Below are positions 16,869-23,248 of a stretch of DNA of 33,294 bases, piece by piece (the stretch's first letter is position 1; every line of letters begins with the position of its first letter). The translations under genes and the position numbers were made by a program. This stretch comes from a virus. The stretch lies in the IMG/VR virus record IMGVR_UViG_3300048839_000590; one strand, given 5' to 3'. Below the pieces are notes generated by a model. That model worked only from the letters and a program-made list of their open reading frames with translations. It was not told the origin of the DNA and did not search any database.

Positions 16869-18325
16869 AGATACACTCCTCGGCTCTGCGTGGCCAGCAT
16901 GGCAAACACGCCGCTCACCGCGTCTACTCGGTCATCATGTGCAGCGAAGGGAAACGCGCACAGCTCATCAATCCAATCCTGAATCCAGCGGTCATCACTG
17001 ATGCTCTCGCGCACAAACACCAGCTTGCCGGCTTCAGCACGATCTGCAACCGGCGTGGCGCGGCTCATTTTGTCTTTGTCCACATCCACGGCTTCGAGCG
17101 CGATGCTGACCAGATCCGGCTCACGCCTCAGATCCTGCACCACGCCACCACCGTGCATAGCCTTCTCAATGCCGTGCCGGCTTTGGCGCTCGCTCAGCAT
17201 CACGCTCTTGATGCGCCGGCGCAGATCGGGCGTTTCCTCGCGGCCGGCCCAGCCTCGGCGCAGGTAGATCACCCCCGCGCCATCCATCGCCGCGCTGATG
17301 GTGGCGCTGTTGTCTGCGCTGGCTTTCAGCGAGTAGGCCAGATCCCAATACCGCACCCAGCGCAAGCCCTGCGGCGCTGCATCGGCGATGCGCAACCAGG
17401 CGCGTTTGAATAATGCGCCTTCGCTGGGCCGGGGCCGCTGCTGATACTTGGCCTCAAACGAGCGCGCGCTTACGCTGCGGATGGCTTCAAGCTCATGCAC
17501 TGGCCAGCGTTCTGGCCACAGTGCGGCGCCGGCCTCACGGTCCAGCGCATCGCCGGCTTCAGCCAGCGCGGGCAGGTTCACCACCTGCCACGGCTCGCCA
17601 TCCCGCTCAGCATCGCGCAACAGCCGGCCGGCCAGATCGTCCTCGTGCCAGCGTTGCATCATCAGCACCACCGCGCCACCCGGCTCAAGCCGTGGCCGGA
17701 TGGTGTCGGTGTACCAGCGATACGTGTTCTCGCGGCTGAGCGCGCTGTCTGCGTCGCTGGCACTGCCGATGGGATCGTCTATGATGGCGATGCGCGCGCC
17801 CTGCCCCGTGGGTGACCCCCCTACGCCCACGGCCAACATGGCAGGGCGCGTGAATCCTTCCAGTGTCCACCGCTGCACCGTGGCGTTGTCATCGCTCAGC
17901 CGCGTGGCTGGGAACAGCTCAGCGAATGTCTCAAGCCCAATGGTGTTGCGCACGTTGCGTGAGAACGTGTAAGCCAGCTCTGCGCTGTGGCTGGCAATCA
18001 TGAACTGCTGGGATGGATCCCGCCCCAGCACCCACGCGGGGAACAGCTCCGTGGCTAGCTTGCTCTTGCCATGGCGAGGTGGGGCAAACAGCATCAGCCG
18101 CTTCACCTCACCCGATGCAACGCGCTCAAGCCACCCGGCGATGTGGCTCAGGTGGCGTGCTGGCAGATAGGCTGGATCGATGCAGCGCGCAAAATCAATC
18201 AGGTGCCGGCGTGCCAGCACCCGCCGCGCTGTCGCTGCTCGTTGCCACTGACGGGTTTCCAGAATCGCCCTGGCCACCATCGGCGGCGGCAATCTGCCTG
18301 AGTTCATCATCGGGTATGTCGTCAT
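16865..18325 (-). CDS. terL: Terminase large subunit
   Basis: A Walker A-like LMLFAPPRHGKS motif, 486 aa, positioned upstream of the portal. The start is uncertain (ATG 18325, ATG 18280 or GTG 18220) and overlaps the TerS-like ORF. Confidence 0.9.
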   Translation of the reverse strand: MTTYPMMNSGRLPPPMVARAILETRQWQRAATARRVLARRHLIDFARCIDPAYLPARHLSHIAGWLERVASGEVKRLMLFAPPRHGKSKLATELFPAWVLGRDPSQQFMIASHSAELAYTFSRNVRNTIGLETFAELFPATRLSDDNATVQRWTLEGFTRPAMLAVGVGGSPTGQGARIAIIDDPIGSASDADSALSRENTYRWYTDTIRPRLEPGGAVVLMMQRWHEDDLAGRLLRDAERDGEPWQVVNLPALAEAGDALDREAGAALWPERWPVHELEAIRSVSARSFEAKYQQRPRPSEGALFKRAWLRIADAAPQGLRWVRYWDLAYSLKASADNSATISAAMDGAGVIYLRRGWAGREETPDLRRRIKSVMLSERQSRHGIEKAMHGGGVVQDLRREPDLVSIALEAVDVDKDKMSRATPVADRAEAGKLVFVRESISDDRWIQDWIDELCAFPFAAHDDRVDAVSGVFAMLATQSRGVYL

Positions 18326-18626
18326 ATTCGCTGTATGGGTTCTCGGGTGCGCCTGCTTTCACGGTGATGGTTTGCGCCGGCTTGCCGATCAAATATTCAG
18401 CAATGAAGCGCCGGCCCTTGTCTCTCACGCGCCAGTTCTTCAAGTTCAACGCATCGCGCAATGCCTGCTCGCACACCTTGCGCCACTTCTCATCTGTCAC
18501 CACGCTGCGCAGGGTGTCAAGCCGCTGCGCTTCGGTGGCGCGTGGCAGCCGGCCCCCCTTCACACTGTTGCCAGCCTTGAAGCGGCCGCTCCACTCTCGG
18601 TCTGCATTGGGTGCGTGTTCGCTCAT
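18195..18626 (-). CDS. terS: Putative terminase small subunit
   Basis: 143 aa directly upstream of terL. The basic N-terminus GRFKAGNSVKGGRLPR occurs in many small-terminase-like proteins. Mostly positional. Confidence 0.5.
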   Translation of the reverse strand: MSEHAPNADREWSGRFKAGNSVKGGRLPRATEAQRLDTLRSVVTDEKWRKVCEQALRDALNLKNWRVRDKGRRFIAEYLIGKPAQTITVKAGAPENPYSEYDDIPDDELRQIAAADGGQGDSGNPSVATSSDSAAGAGTPAPD

Positions 18627-18934
18627 GCCTCGGCCAGGATCCTGAAATAGCGAATGTATTGCTCACCATTCGCAGTAAACCAACATTCCACGCGGTAGCT
18701 CTTGCCGGCCGTGGGCACGGCAATTACCGGCGTGGTGAAGGTGTCATCGGTGATATTGGCGCTGCCAGTCAGCACGCCGGCATTGGCGCTGATGTCGCTG
18801 TTGTCTGTTTCGTCAAACACCTTCACCACCGGCGTAGTGGCGTTCAAGCCGGGCACGAGCTGCACGCCGCGTGCCCGGTGCTCTCGCACCGATTGCCTGA
18901 TGGGGCTGTTGATTAGTTCACGTGTGTTGTTCAT
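18623..18934 (-). CDS. Hypothetical beta-rich protein (103 aa), coupled to the repeat-fibre gene and terS
   Basis: ATGA overlaps at both ends (18931-18934 and 18623-18626). Confidence 0.6.
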   Translation of the reverse strand: MNNTRELINSPIRQSVREHRARGVQLVPGLNATTPVVKVFDETDNSDISANAGVLTGSANITDDTFTTPVIAVPTAGKSYRVECWFTANGEQYIRYFRILAEA

Positions 18935-20508
18935 CGCATCCTCAGCGGTAGCTCGCTGGCCACCGTCAATGCCGGCTCATCACGCATGATCAGATCCGGC
19001 TCGTCACGCATCACCAGATCCGTGCTCACACGGTTGCCAGCCAGCAGCGCGCCGATGGCATCACCCAACATGCCCAGCACGCCGGCCACGGTGCGGCTGA
19101 TGCGCTTGGTGATGCTGCCCGAGCTTGCCAGCACGCCGCCGGTGCTGGTGTTGGTCTGCTTCATGGCCGCGCCGCTCATGCTGAGCACACCAGCCAATGC
19201 CAGCACGGCCGTGCGCGCCCGCGCAAGTGCACCACTGCTGCCCAGCACGCCGCTGGTGATGGTGTGGGTCTGTTTGGTGATGTTGCCGGCACTGGTAAGC
19301 ACGCCGGCCTTTGTGGATCTCGTTTGCTTCGTGGCATCACCGCTCATGCCAAGTGTGCCGGCCACCGTGCGCAGGAACGTCCTGATGCTGTTCAGCGTGG
19401 CGCTGGGGCTGAGGGTGCCGGCCACCTCACGCCGTGTCTGTTTCGTTGCCGCCCCTGCGCTTGTCAGTGTGCCAGCCTTGGTGGTGGCTGTGCGCTTCGT
19501 GGCCGTGCCACTCAGTCCCAGCACGCCGGCGATGGCCATCAACACCGTGCGGATGGCTGACAGCGCGCCCGAGCTGCTGAGCGTGCCCGCCACGCCTTTG
19601 CTGGTGCGCCTGGTGGCCGTGCCTGAGCTGGTCAGTGTGCCGGCGGTGCTTTTGCCAGCTCGGCGCGCCACGGTGCCGGCGCTTGTCAATGTGCCGGCTT
19701 TGGTGCTGGCTGTGCGTTTGATCGCTACGCCGCTGGTGGTCAGGCTGCCAGCCTTTGCACTCGCTGTGCGTTTGGTGATCGCACCGGCACTGGTGAGCGC
19801 GCCGGCTGGAAGTTTGGCAGCACGGCGCGTGATGGCGCCGGCGCTGGTAAGGGTGCCGGCAACACTCTGGTTGTGTTGCGTGCCACCTGCGCCGGGCTTG
19901 ATGGCAATCATGATCGTCGCCCAGTGTCGGGTTGACCCTTGCGTTGAAACGTAGCTGTTGCCTATCCAGCCCGGCGCGACAACGACCAGCGATGAGATGC
20001 GCCAGCCGCGAGATGAGCCATTTCCTGAGCTTTCAGACGTGAAGCCACTGGGTGTGGTTGGAACGTTGCTGGTTGAGTCAACGCCCACATAGGCAATGGC
20101 AAGTGCGTTGGCTGTGTTGGTTGTGACGCCGTAATAGCCCATCGACTCTGACAAGCCGGTGTTCTGCGTCGGCGTCGCATCTTCCCATGTTGCATCATGC
20201 CCCGTGATGCGTATGGTTTGAGCAGAGCCAACAACGCTGCTGCCGAGTGTGTAGCTGTAACTGCCCGATTCGCTGCCATCTGCAACACGATAAAAAATCG
20301 CGCACAGAAATGACCCCGTGCCATTATCGGCGCGGGTGTAGAGCGTCCACCCGCTTGGCGGCGTGATGGACAAACTACTGCCGGCATCAAGCATCAGACT
20401 CGTCAGCAACAAGTTGCCGGCTGAGATGCCGGATGGCATCGTCACGCTGGGTGACGATGTTGCAGATGAGTATGAATCGCTTGCGGTTGCAGCAACAGCA
20501 ACTGGCAT
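18931..20508 (-). CDS. Tandem-repeat fibre-like protein (525 aa)
   Basis: The ~215-aa N-domain (..SITPPSGWTLYTRADNG..) is followed by ~15 units of AGxLTSxGxxTK(R/Q)Txxxx and a C-terminal DLVMRDEP/DLIMRDEP duplication. Confidence 0.8.
   Translation of the reverse strand: MPVAVAATASDSYSSATSSPSVTMPSGISAGNLLLTSLMLDAGSSLSITPPSGWTLYTRADNGTGSFLCAIFYRVADGSESGSYSYTLGSSVVGSAQTIRITGHDATWEDATPTQNTGLSESMGYYGVTTNTANALAIAYVGVDSTSNVPTTPSGFTSESSGNGSSRGWRISSLVVVAPGWIGNSYVSTQGSTRHWATIMIAIKPGAGGTQHNQSVAGTLTSAGAITRRAAKLPAGALTSAGAITKRTASAKAGSLTTSGVAIKRTASTKAGTLTSAGTVARRAGKSTAGTLTSSGTATRRTSKGVAGTLSSSGALSAIRTVLMAIAGVLGLSGTATKRTATTKAGTLTSAGAATKQTRREVAGTLSPSATLNSIRTFLRTVAGTLGMSGDATKQTRSTKAGVLTSAGNITKQTHTITSGVLGSSGALARARTAVLALAGVLSMSGAAMKQTNTSTGGVLASSGSITKRISRTVAGVLGMLGDAIGALLAGNRVSTDLVMRDEPDLIMRDEPALTVASELPLRMR
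18972..19019 (-). repeat. 24-bp tandem duplication at the 3' end of the fibre-like gene
   Basis: ccggctcatcacgcatgatcagat / ccggctcgtcacgcatcaccagat (3 mismatches). Confidence 0.85.
19042..19860 (-). repeat. In-frame tandem coding repeats, 54/60-bp units x ~15
   Basis: Residues 217-489 parse into 18-aa units, with a 20-aa hydrophobic variant at every third unit from residue 307. The DNA core gtgccggc recurs. Confidence 0.85.
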
Positions 20509-20515
20509 AAGGTTA

Positions 20516-21151
20516 TTAGCCGCCGGCTGTGAGGGTCAGCACGTAGGTGAACTGGATTGAGTCACCACTGGCCACGTTGATGGCGCTGAACACGGTGCGA
20601 TCCCACAGCGTGCCACCACCTGTGGCCGCCTGGCTGAAGATGCCATGCTCAGTGATGGCGGCCGTGTTGTCAAAGGTGAGCGTGCCCACCGTCTGAAACT
20701 GGTTTGCCGCCGGCGTGCTGCGCGTGCCAGTGGCACGGGTGCTGTCGGGGTTGAGCGCCGTGGTTGATTCAGTCACCAGCGCAGTCTGGCCGGCCGCCTC
20801 AGCTGTCGTGCCGGTGCCGCACCCGTGAAAGTTCAGCGTGGTGATGTCCTGTGCGTTGTTGTTGAAGTCATCCCTGAGGAACGTCACGCCGGCATCCGTG
20901 ATCACGCGCCGGCCCAGCACGCCGTAATCGATCCATTGGCCATCGGCCTTGCGAAGCCGGCCGCGCAGCTCACTGGTGATCGTCACCGCGCCGGTGATCT
21001 TGCTGAAGATGCGCGCCATGATGTTCACCAGCCAGCCCCACACGTAGCCCCATCGCATCATGTTGCGCAGTCGCCACCCCAGCGGGGCGCGCTGGGCTTG
21101 GATGTGGCGCGCCATCAGCGTGCCTGTCGGTTGAACGTTCGAGTTGATCAT
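20516..21151 (-). CDS. Protein with a phage tail-collar-fibre-like domain (P2 gpH N-terminal type)
   Basis: VITDAGVTFL..LNFHGCGTGTTAEAAGQTALVTE...ITEHGIFSQAATGGGTLWDR..SGDSIQFTYVLTL parallels the P2 gpH N-domain pattern. SD TAGGAGAAACAACAC precedes the ATG at 21151. Confidence 0.5.
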   Translation of the reverse strand: MINSNVQPTGTLMARHIQAQRAPLGWRLRNMMRWGYVWGWLVNIMARIFSKITGAVTITSELRGRLRKADGQWIDYGVLGRRVITDAGVTFLRDDFNNNAQDITTLNFHGCGTGTTAEAAGQTALVTESTTALNPDSTRATGTRSTPAANQFQTVGTLTFDNTAAITEHGIFSQAATGGGTLWDRTVFSAINVASGDSIQFTYVLTLTAGG

Positions 21152-21163
21152 GTGTTGTTTCTC

Positions 21164-21508
21164 CTACTGATTGCAATTGCCATACACCGCGAGCTGCAGG
21201 TGGTATAGCTCTTTCAACATCTCACGCCGCTGCGCAAGTGAGATCTGCCGATCCTGCGCAATGGCGCTTTGCCACGACTGAACATCATGCGCGCGCAATA
21301 GATACAGCGCGCCCACCTGCCCGCGCAGGTCTTTCACCTGCCGCTCAAGCTCAGCAATGCGCTGCTGATCCGTGAGCGCCGGCGGCGTTGGCGCGGGTGC
21401 AGCCATTGCCGGCACAGCCATTGCCGGCACAGCTGCACCGGTCACCATGACCAGCACCAGCACGCCGGCAATCACCCACAGCGCCGCATTTGATCGTTTT
21501 ATTTCCAT
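21164..21508 (-). CDS. N-terminal TM anchor + coiled-coil protein (i-spanin-like architecture)
   Basis: MEIKRSNAALWVIAGVLVLVMVTG, then a Pro/Ala linker and the heptad-like QQRIAELERQVKDLRGQV. I trimmed the start from the track's 21577 to ATG 21508. Confidence 0.5.
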   Translation of the reverse strand: MEIKRSNAALWVIAGVLVLVMVTGAAVPAMAVPAMAAPAPTPPALTDQQRIAELERQVKDLRGQVGALYLLRAHDVQSWQSAIAQDRQISLAQRREMLKELYHLQLAVYGNCNQ

Positions 21509-21738
21509 CGTGCATCTGGTCGCTCGCTGATCGCCACAGCCATGAGCGTGATCATTTCGTTGTTGCGGTCTGCCCACTCGATTAGGTTCTCAGCACGCTC
21601 AAACACCGTGTCACCTTCGATCTCTTCCGGCCGCCCGCACACCTCGGCAATGAGCTGGTCCAACTCGTCACGGTTCCACAACGTTGCTAGGTTGAACAGC
21701 AATCGAGCCGGCGTGACACGCGCCGGCTGCGGCCTCAC
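21499..21738 (-). CDS. Small soluble helical protein resembling an effector-associated (EAD1/death-like) adaptor domain
   Basis: LLFNLATLWNRDELDQLIAEVCGRPEEIEGDTVFERAENLIEWADRNNEMITLMAVAISERPDA was compared with the EAD1 pattern from memory only. Confidence 0.35.
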   Translation of the reverse strand: MRPQPARVTPARLLFNLATLWNRDELDQLIAEVCGRPEEIEGDTVFERAENLIEWADRNNEMITLMAVAISERPDARWK

Positions 21739-21971
21739 TCGTTTGGGCGGCTGCCCCGATCGATCAAAATAGCAACCGCTTTCAGCAGCTCGCTGTTGAC
21801 CTGCTGCGTGCCAGCCGCCGCCGTTTGCAGTCCGCTCAGCGTTTCCACCAGCCGCTGCACGATCGGGCGGATGGTCATCATGACGCTTAGCTCTACAAGG
21901 TTGGTCAGCAGTGACAGCATGGAAATCACAACAGCCAGGATCAACAGTGCGCGGTCATCGACCACCAACAT
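21735..21971 (-). CDS. Single-pass membrane protein (78 aa)
   Basis: The N-terminal hydrophobic stretch ALLILAVVISMLSLLTNLV is followed by a helical tail. ATGA overlap with the next gene. Confidence 0.6.
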   Translation of the reverse strand: MLVVDDRALLILAVVISMLSLLTNLVELSVMMTIRPIVQRLVETLSGLQTAAAGTQQVNSELLKAVAILIDRGSRPNE

Positions 21972-21974
21972 GGA

Positions 21975-22268
21975 TCACTTCCGTGCGCGCCGTGGGCTGA
22001 TCGCATACGTGGCCTGGTTGGCCACCAGCGCCGCCAGGTATGCGCTCACCAGCCCCAGCGCGCCGGGCTTGTCACAGCTCGCCACGCTCAGCACGCCGGC
22101 ACAGCTCAGGCCGAAGATGGCAGCAGCCACCACCAGCAACAGCAGCGCCATCAGCAGCCGCTTCACTGTCGGCTCTTTGGCATCGAACCAGCCGCTCAGG
22201 CCGGGGATGTAGCTGAAGCCCAGGCTGAGCGCCACGCCACCCAATGCAGATAGTTCACTCGCGTTCAT
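21975..22268 (-). CDS. Holin-like protein, three predicted TM segments
   Basis: Segments LSALGGVALSLGFSYIPGL, LLMALLLLVVAAAIFGLSCAGVL and GALGLVSAYLAALVANQATYAI, with a basic C-terminus SPRRARK. It lies at the head of the late operon. Confidence 0.6.
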   Translation of the reverse strand: MNASELSALGGVALSLGFSYIPGLSGWFDAKEPTVKRLLMALLLLVVAAAIFGLSCAGVLSVASCDKPGALGLVSAYLAALVANQATYAISPRRARK

Positions 22269-22522
22269 GGTTTCACCTCGTTTATGGCCGGCTGGAATAA
22301 CAGCAGACCGATTGCACGCGGCACAGGCACCATCTCGCCGGCGTCAGTGGTCATGAGGTAGTCATCGGCCTGCCCTTCCAGCACCGTGCCATCCGCGCGC
22401 TGCACGGTGAACGGCGCCGCGATCTGCACACCGCCAGTAATGGCCAGCGCCGGTTTCACAGGCGTCCATGTAATGCACGCAGGGTTCCACGTTTCGCCAC
22501 GGGATTTGAGAATGTCACTCAT
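22265..22522 (-). CDS. Hypothetical small protein (85 aa), first late gene
   Basis: The track ORF starts at 22555, inside the terminator hairpin/U-tract. ATG 22522 (MSDILKSRGETW) is the likelier start. Confidence 0.6.
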   Translation of the reverse strand: MSDILKSRGETWNPACITWTPVKPALAITGGVQIAAPFTVQRADGTVLEGQADDYLMTTDAGEMVPVPRAIGLLLFQPAINEVKP

Positions 22523-22533
22523 GATCAAGCGCC

Positions 22534-22575
22534 GGAAAAGCAAAAGCGGCCACAACTCGAATGAGTTGTGACCGC
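22534..22575 (-). terminator. Intrinsic-terminator-like hairpin + U-tract upstream of the late operon
   Basis: Minus strand: GCGGTCACAACTC-ATTC-GAGTTGTGGCCGC (one mismatch), followed by TTTTGCTTTTCC. ATG 22522 lies 11 nt later. Confidence 0.65.
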
Positions 22576-22606
22576 GTGATTGCTACACTCTGGCCGCGCC
22601 AAGAGT

Positions 22607-22765
22607 CTAAGCCTGTTTGCCGGTGTCGTCAATCCTGATGCTCATCTCCACCCTGCCGTGCACCTGGTTAGGGGCGATGTGCATCTCGCTGATGCGCAGG
22701 TGTGTGGCCCCGGTGCGCGCCATCGCCGCGCGCAAAAACGCAACCGCTTTTTCAAGCGCTGCCAT
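22607..22765 (-). CDS. Possible 52-aa leader ORF between the AT-rich control region and the terminator
   Basis: MAALEKAVAFLRAAMARTGATHLRISEMHIAPNQVHGRVEMSIRIDDTGKQA has G/C-rich third codon positions like genuine genes. No clear SD. The longer track ORF (to 22984) starts at TTG in AT-rich DNA. Confidence 0.4.
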   Translation of the reverse strand: MAALEKAVAFLRAAMARTGATHLRISEMHIAPNQVHGRVEMSIRIDDTGKQA

Positions 22766-22904
22766 CTGTTCTGTCGACAGTGAGCTGTCAGACGAGTTCC
22801 CGGTTCGATGTAGGCTATTTTGCACCCTATACCGATTGTCGCACAAATAGCCACATGCTGCATTATTCACTATAAGCAACATTGTTGCGAGAATGCATCG
22901 GGTT

Positions 22905-22935
22905 ATTCCGCCGTGCCATAAGTGCGGATTCCGCC
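22905..22935. promoter_or_regulatory. Two copies of ATTCCGCC spaced 23 bp apart (candidate activator sites)
   Basis: Copies at 22905-22912 and 22928-22935. The second lies within the small palindrome GCGGATTCCGC. Confidence 0.35.
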
Positions 22936-22997
22936 GAATTGTTGAGGCGTCTTTACTTAACTGCAAAATTTCGTATAGATTCAATGGTTATTGTAAA

Positions 22998-23090
22998 CCG
23001 GTGGCAAGCGGTGACATTTTAACCAAACTTTTCCTTAGTAAATTCTCTCGCGTGGAAAATGTTGGAAAAAGTGTCACCGCTTGCCACCGG
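22998..23090. repeat. 93-bp extended palindrome (19-bp perfect arms, further pairing inside)
   Basis: CCGGTGGCAAGCGGTGACA (22998-23016) pairs with TGTCACCGCTTGCCACCGG (23072-23090). Inner pairs are TTTT/AAAA, CCAAAC/GTTGG and TTTTCC/GGAAAA, leaving a ~19-nt apex. Confidence 0.9.
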
Positions 23091-23182
23091 ATTTATGAAT
23101 GCATGAATGTTTTATAGCGAAACTGTTGCAAAACTATTGCGGTGGCTTGATGCGTGTGAGGGTCTGCTGCTCACTGTTCAGC

Positions 23183-23204
23183 CAATGATCGAGCAATGAT
23201 CGAG
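23183..23204. repeat. Tandem 11-bp repeat caatgatcgag x2
   Basis: Read directly; non-coding, just 3' of the 23249..23767 gene. Confidence 0.85.
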
Positions 23205-23248
23205 CTTTGCATCGGTGCCCAGCCCCAGGGTGGCGCGGATGCGGGAGA

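Noticed and set aside
19042-19860. A regular ~54-bp periodic repeat that could superficially suggest a CRISPR-like array
   Set aside because: The units are contiguous with no unique spacers, are in-frame within one 525-aa ORF, and are degenerate at the DNA level while conserved at the peptide level. This is a coding tandem repeat, not CRISPR.
22798-22815. A GGTTCGA motif that might mark a tRNA T-loop
   Set aside because: The flanking bases cannot form a T-stem or acceptor stem on either strand. No cloverleaf could be drawn here or elsewhere in the window.
22766-22984. The N-terminal part of track ORF 22607..22984, whose first residues (NLYEILQLSKDAS) resemble helix I of a DnaJ J-domain
   Set aside because: The ORF starts at TTG right after a stop codon. 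The similarity is only ~11 residues, no HPD motif follows, and the codon composition is AT-rich non-coding-like. Only the GC-rich 3' third (22607..22765) is kept, as a low-confidence ORF.
22998-23090. The 93-bp palindrome as attP for the serine integrase
   Set aside because: Serine-integrase att sites are ~40-50 bp imperfect dyads around a central dinucleotide. Here the two perfect 19-bp arms are separated by 55 bp, and the element is ~12 kb (across the junction) from int. The dyad at 1766-1795 is a better, though still weak, candidate.
22893-23117. Plus-strand 74-aa ORF spanning the 93-bp palindrome
   Set aside because: It lies wholly in the AT-rich control region and is read straight through both palindrome arms. 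It has no SD and atypical composition compared with the rest of the genome. Most likely non-coding.
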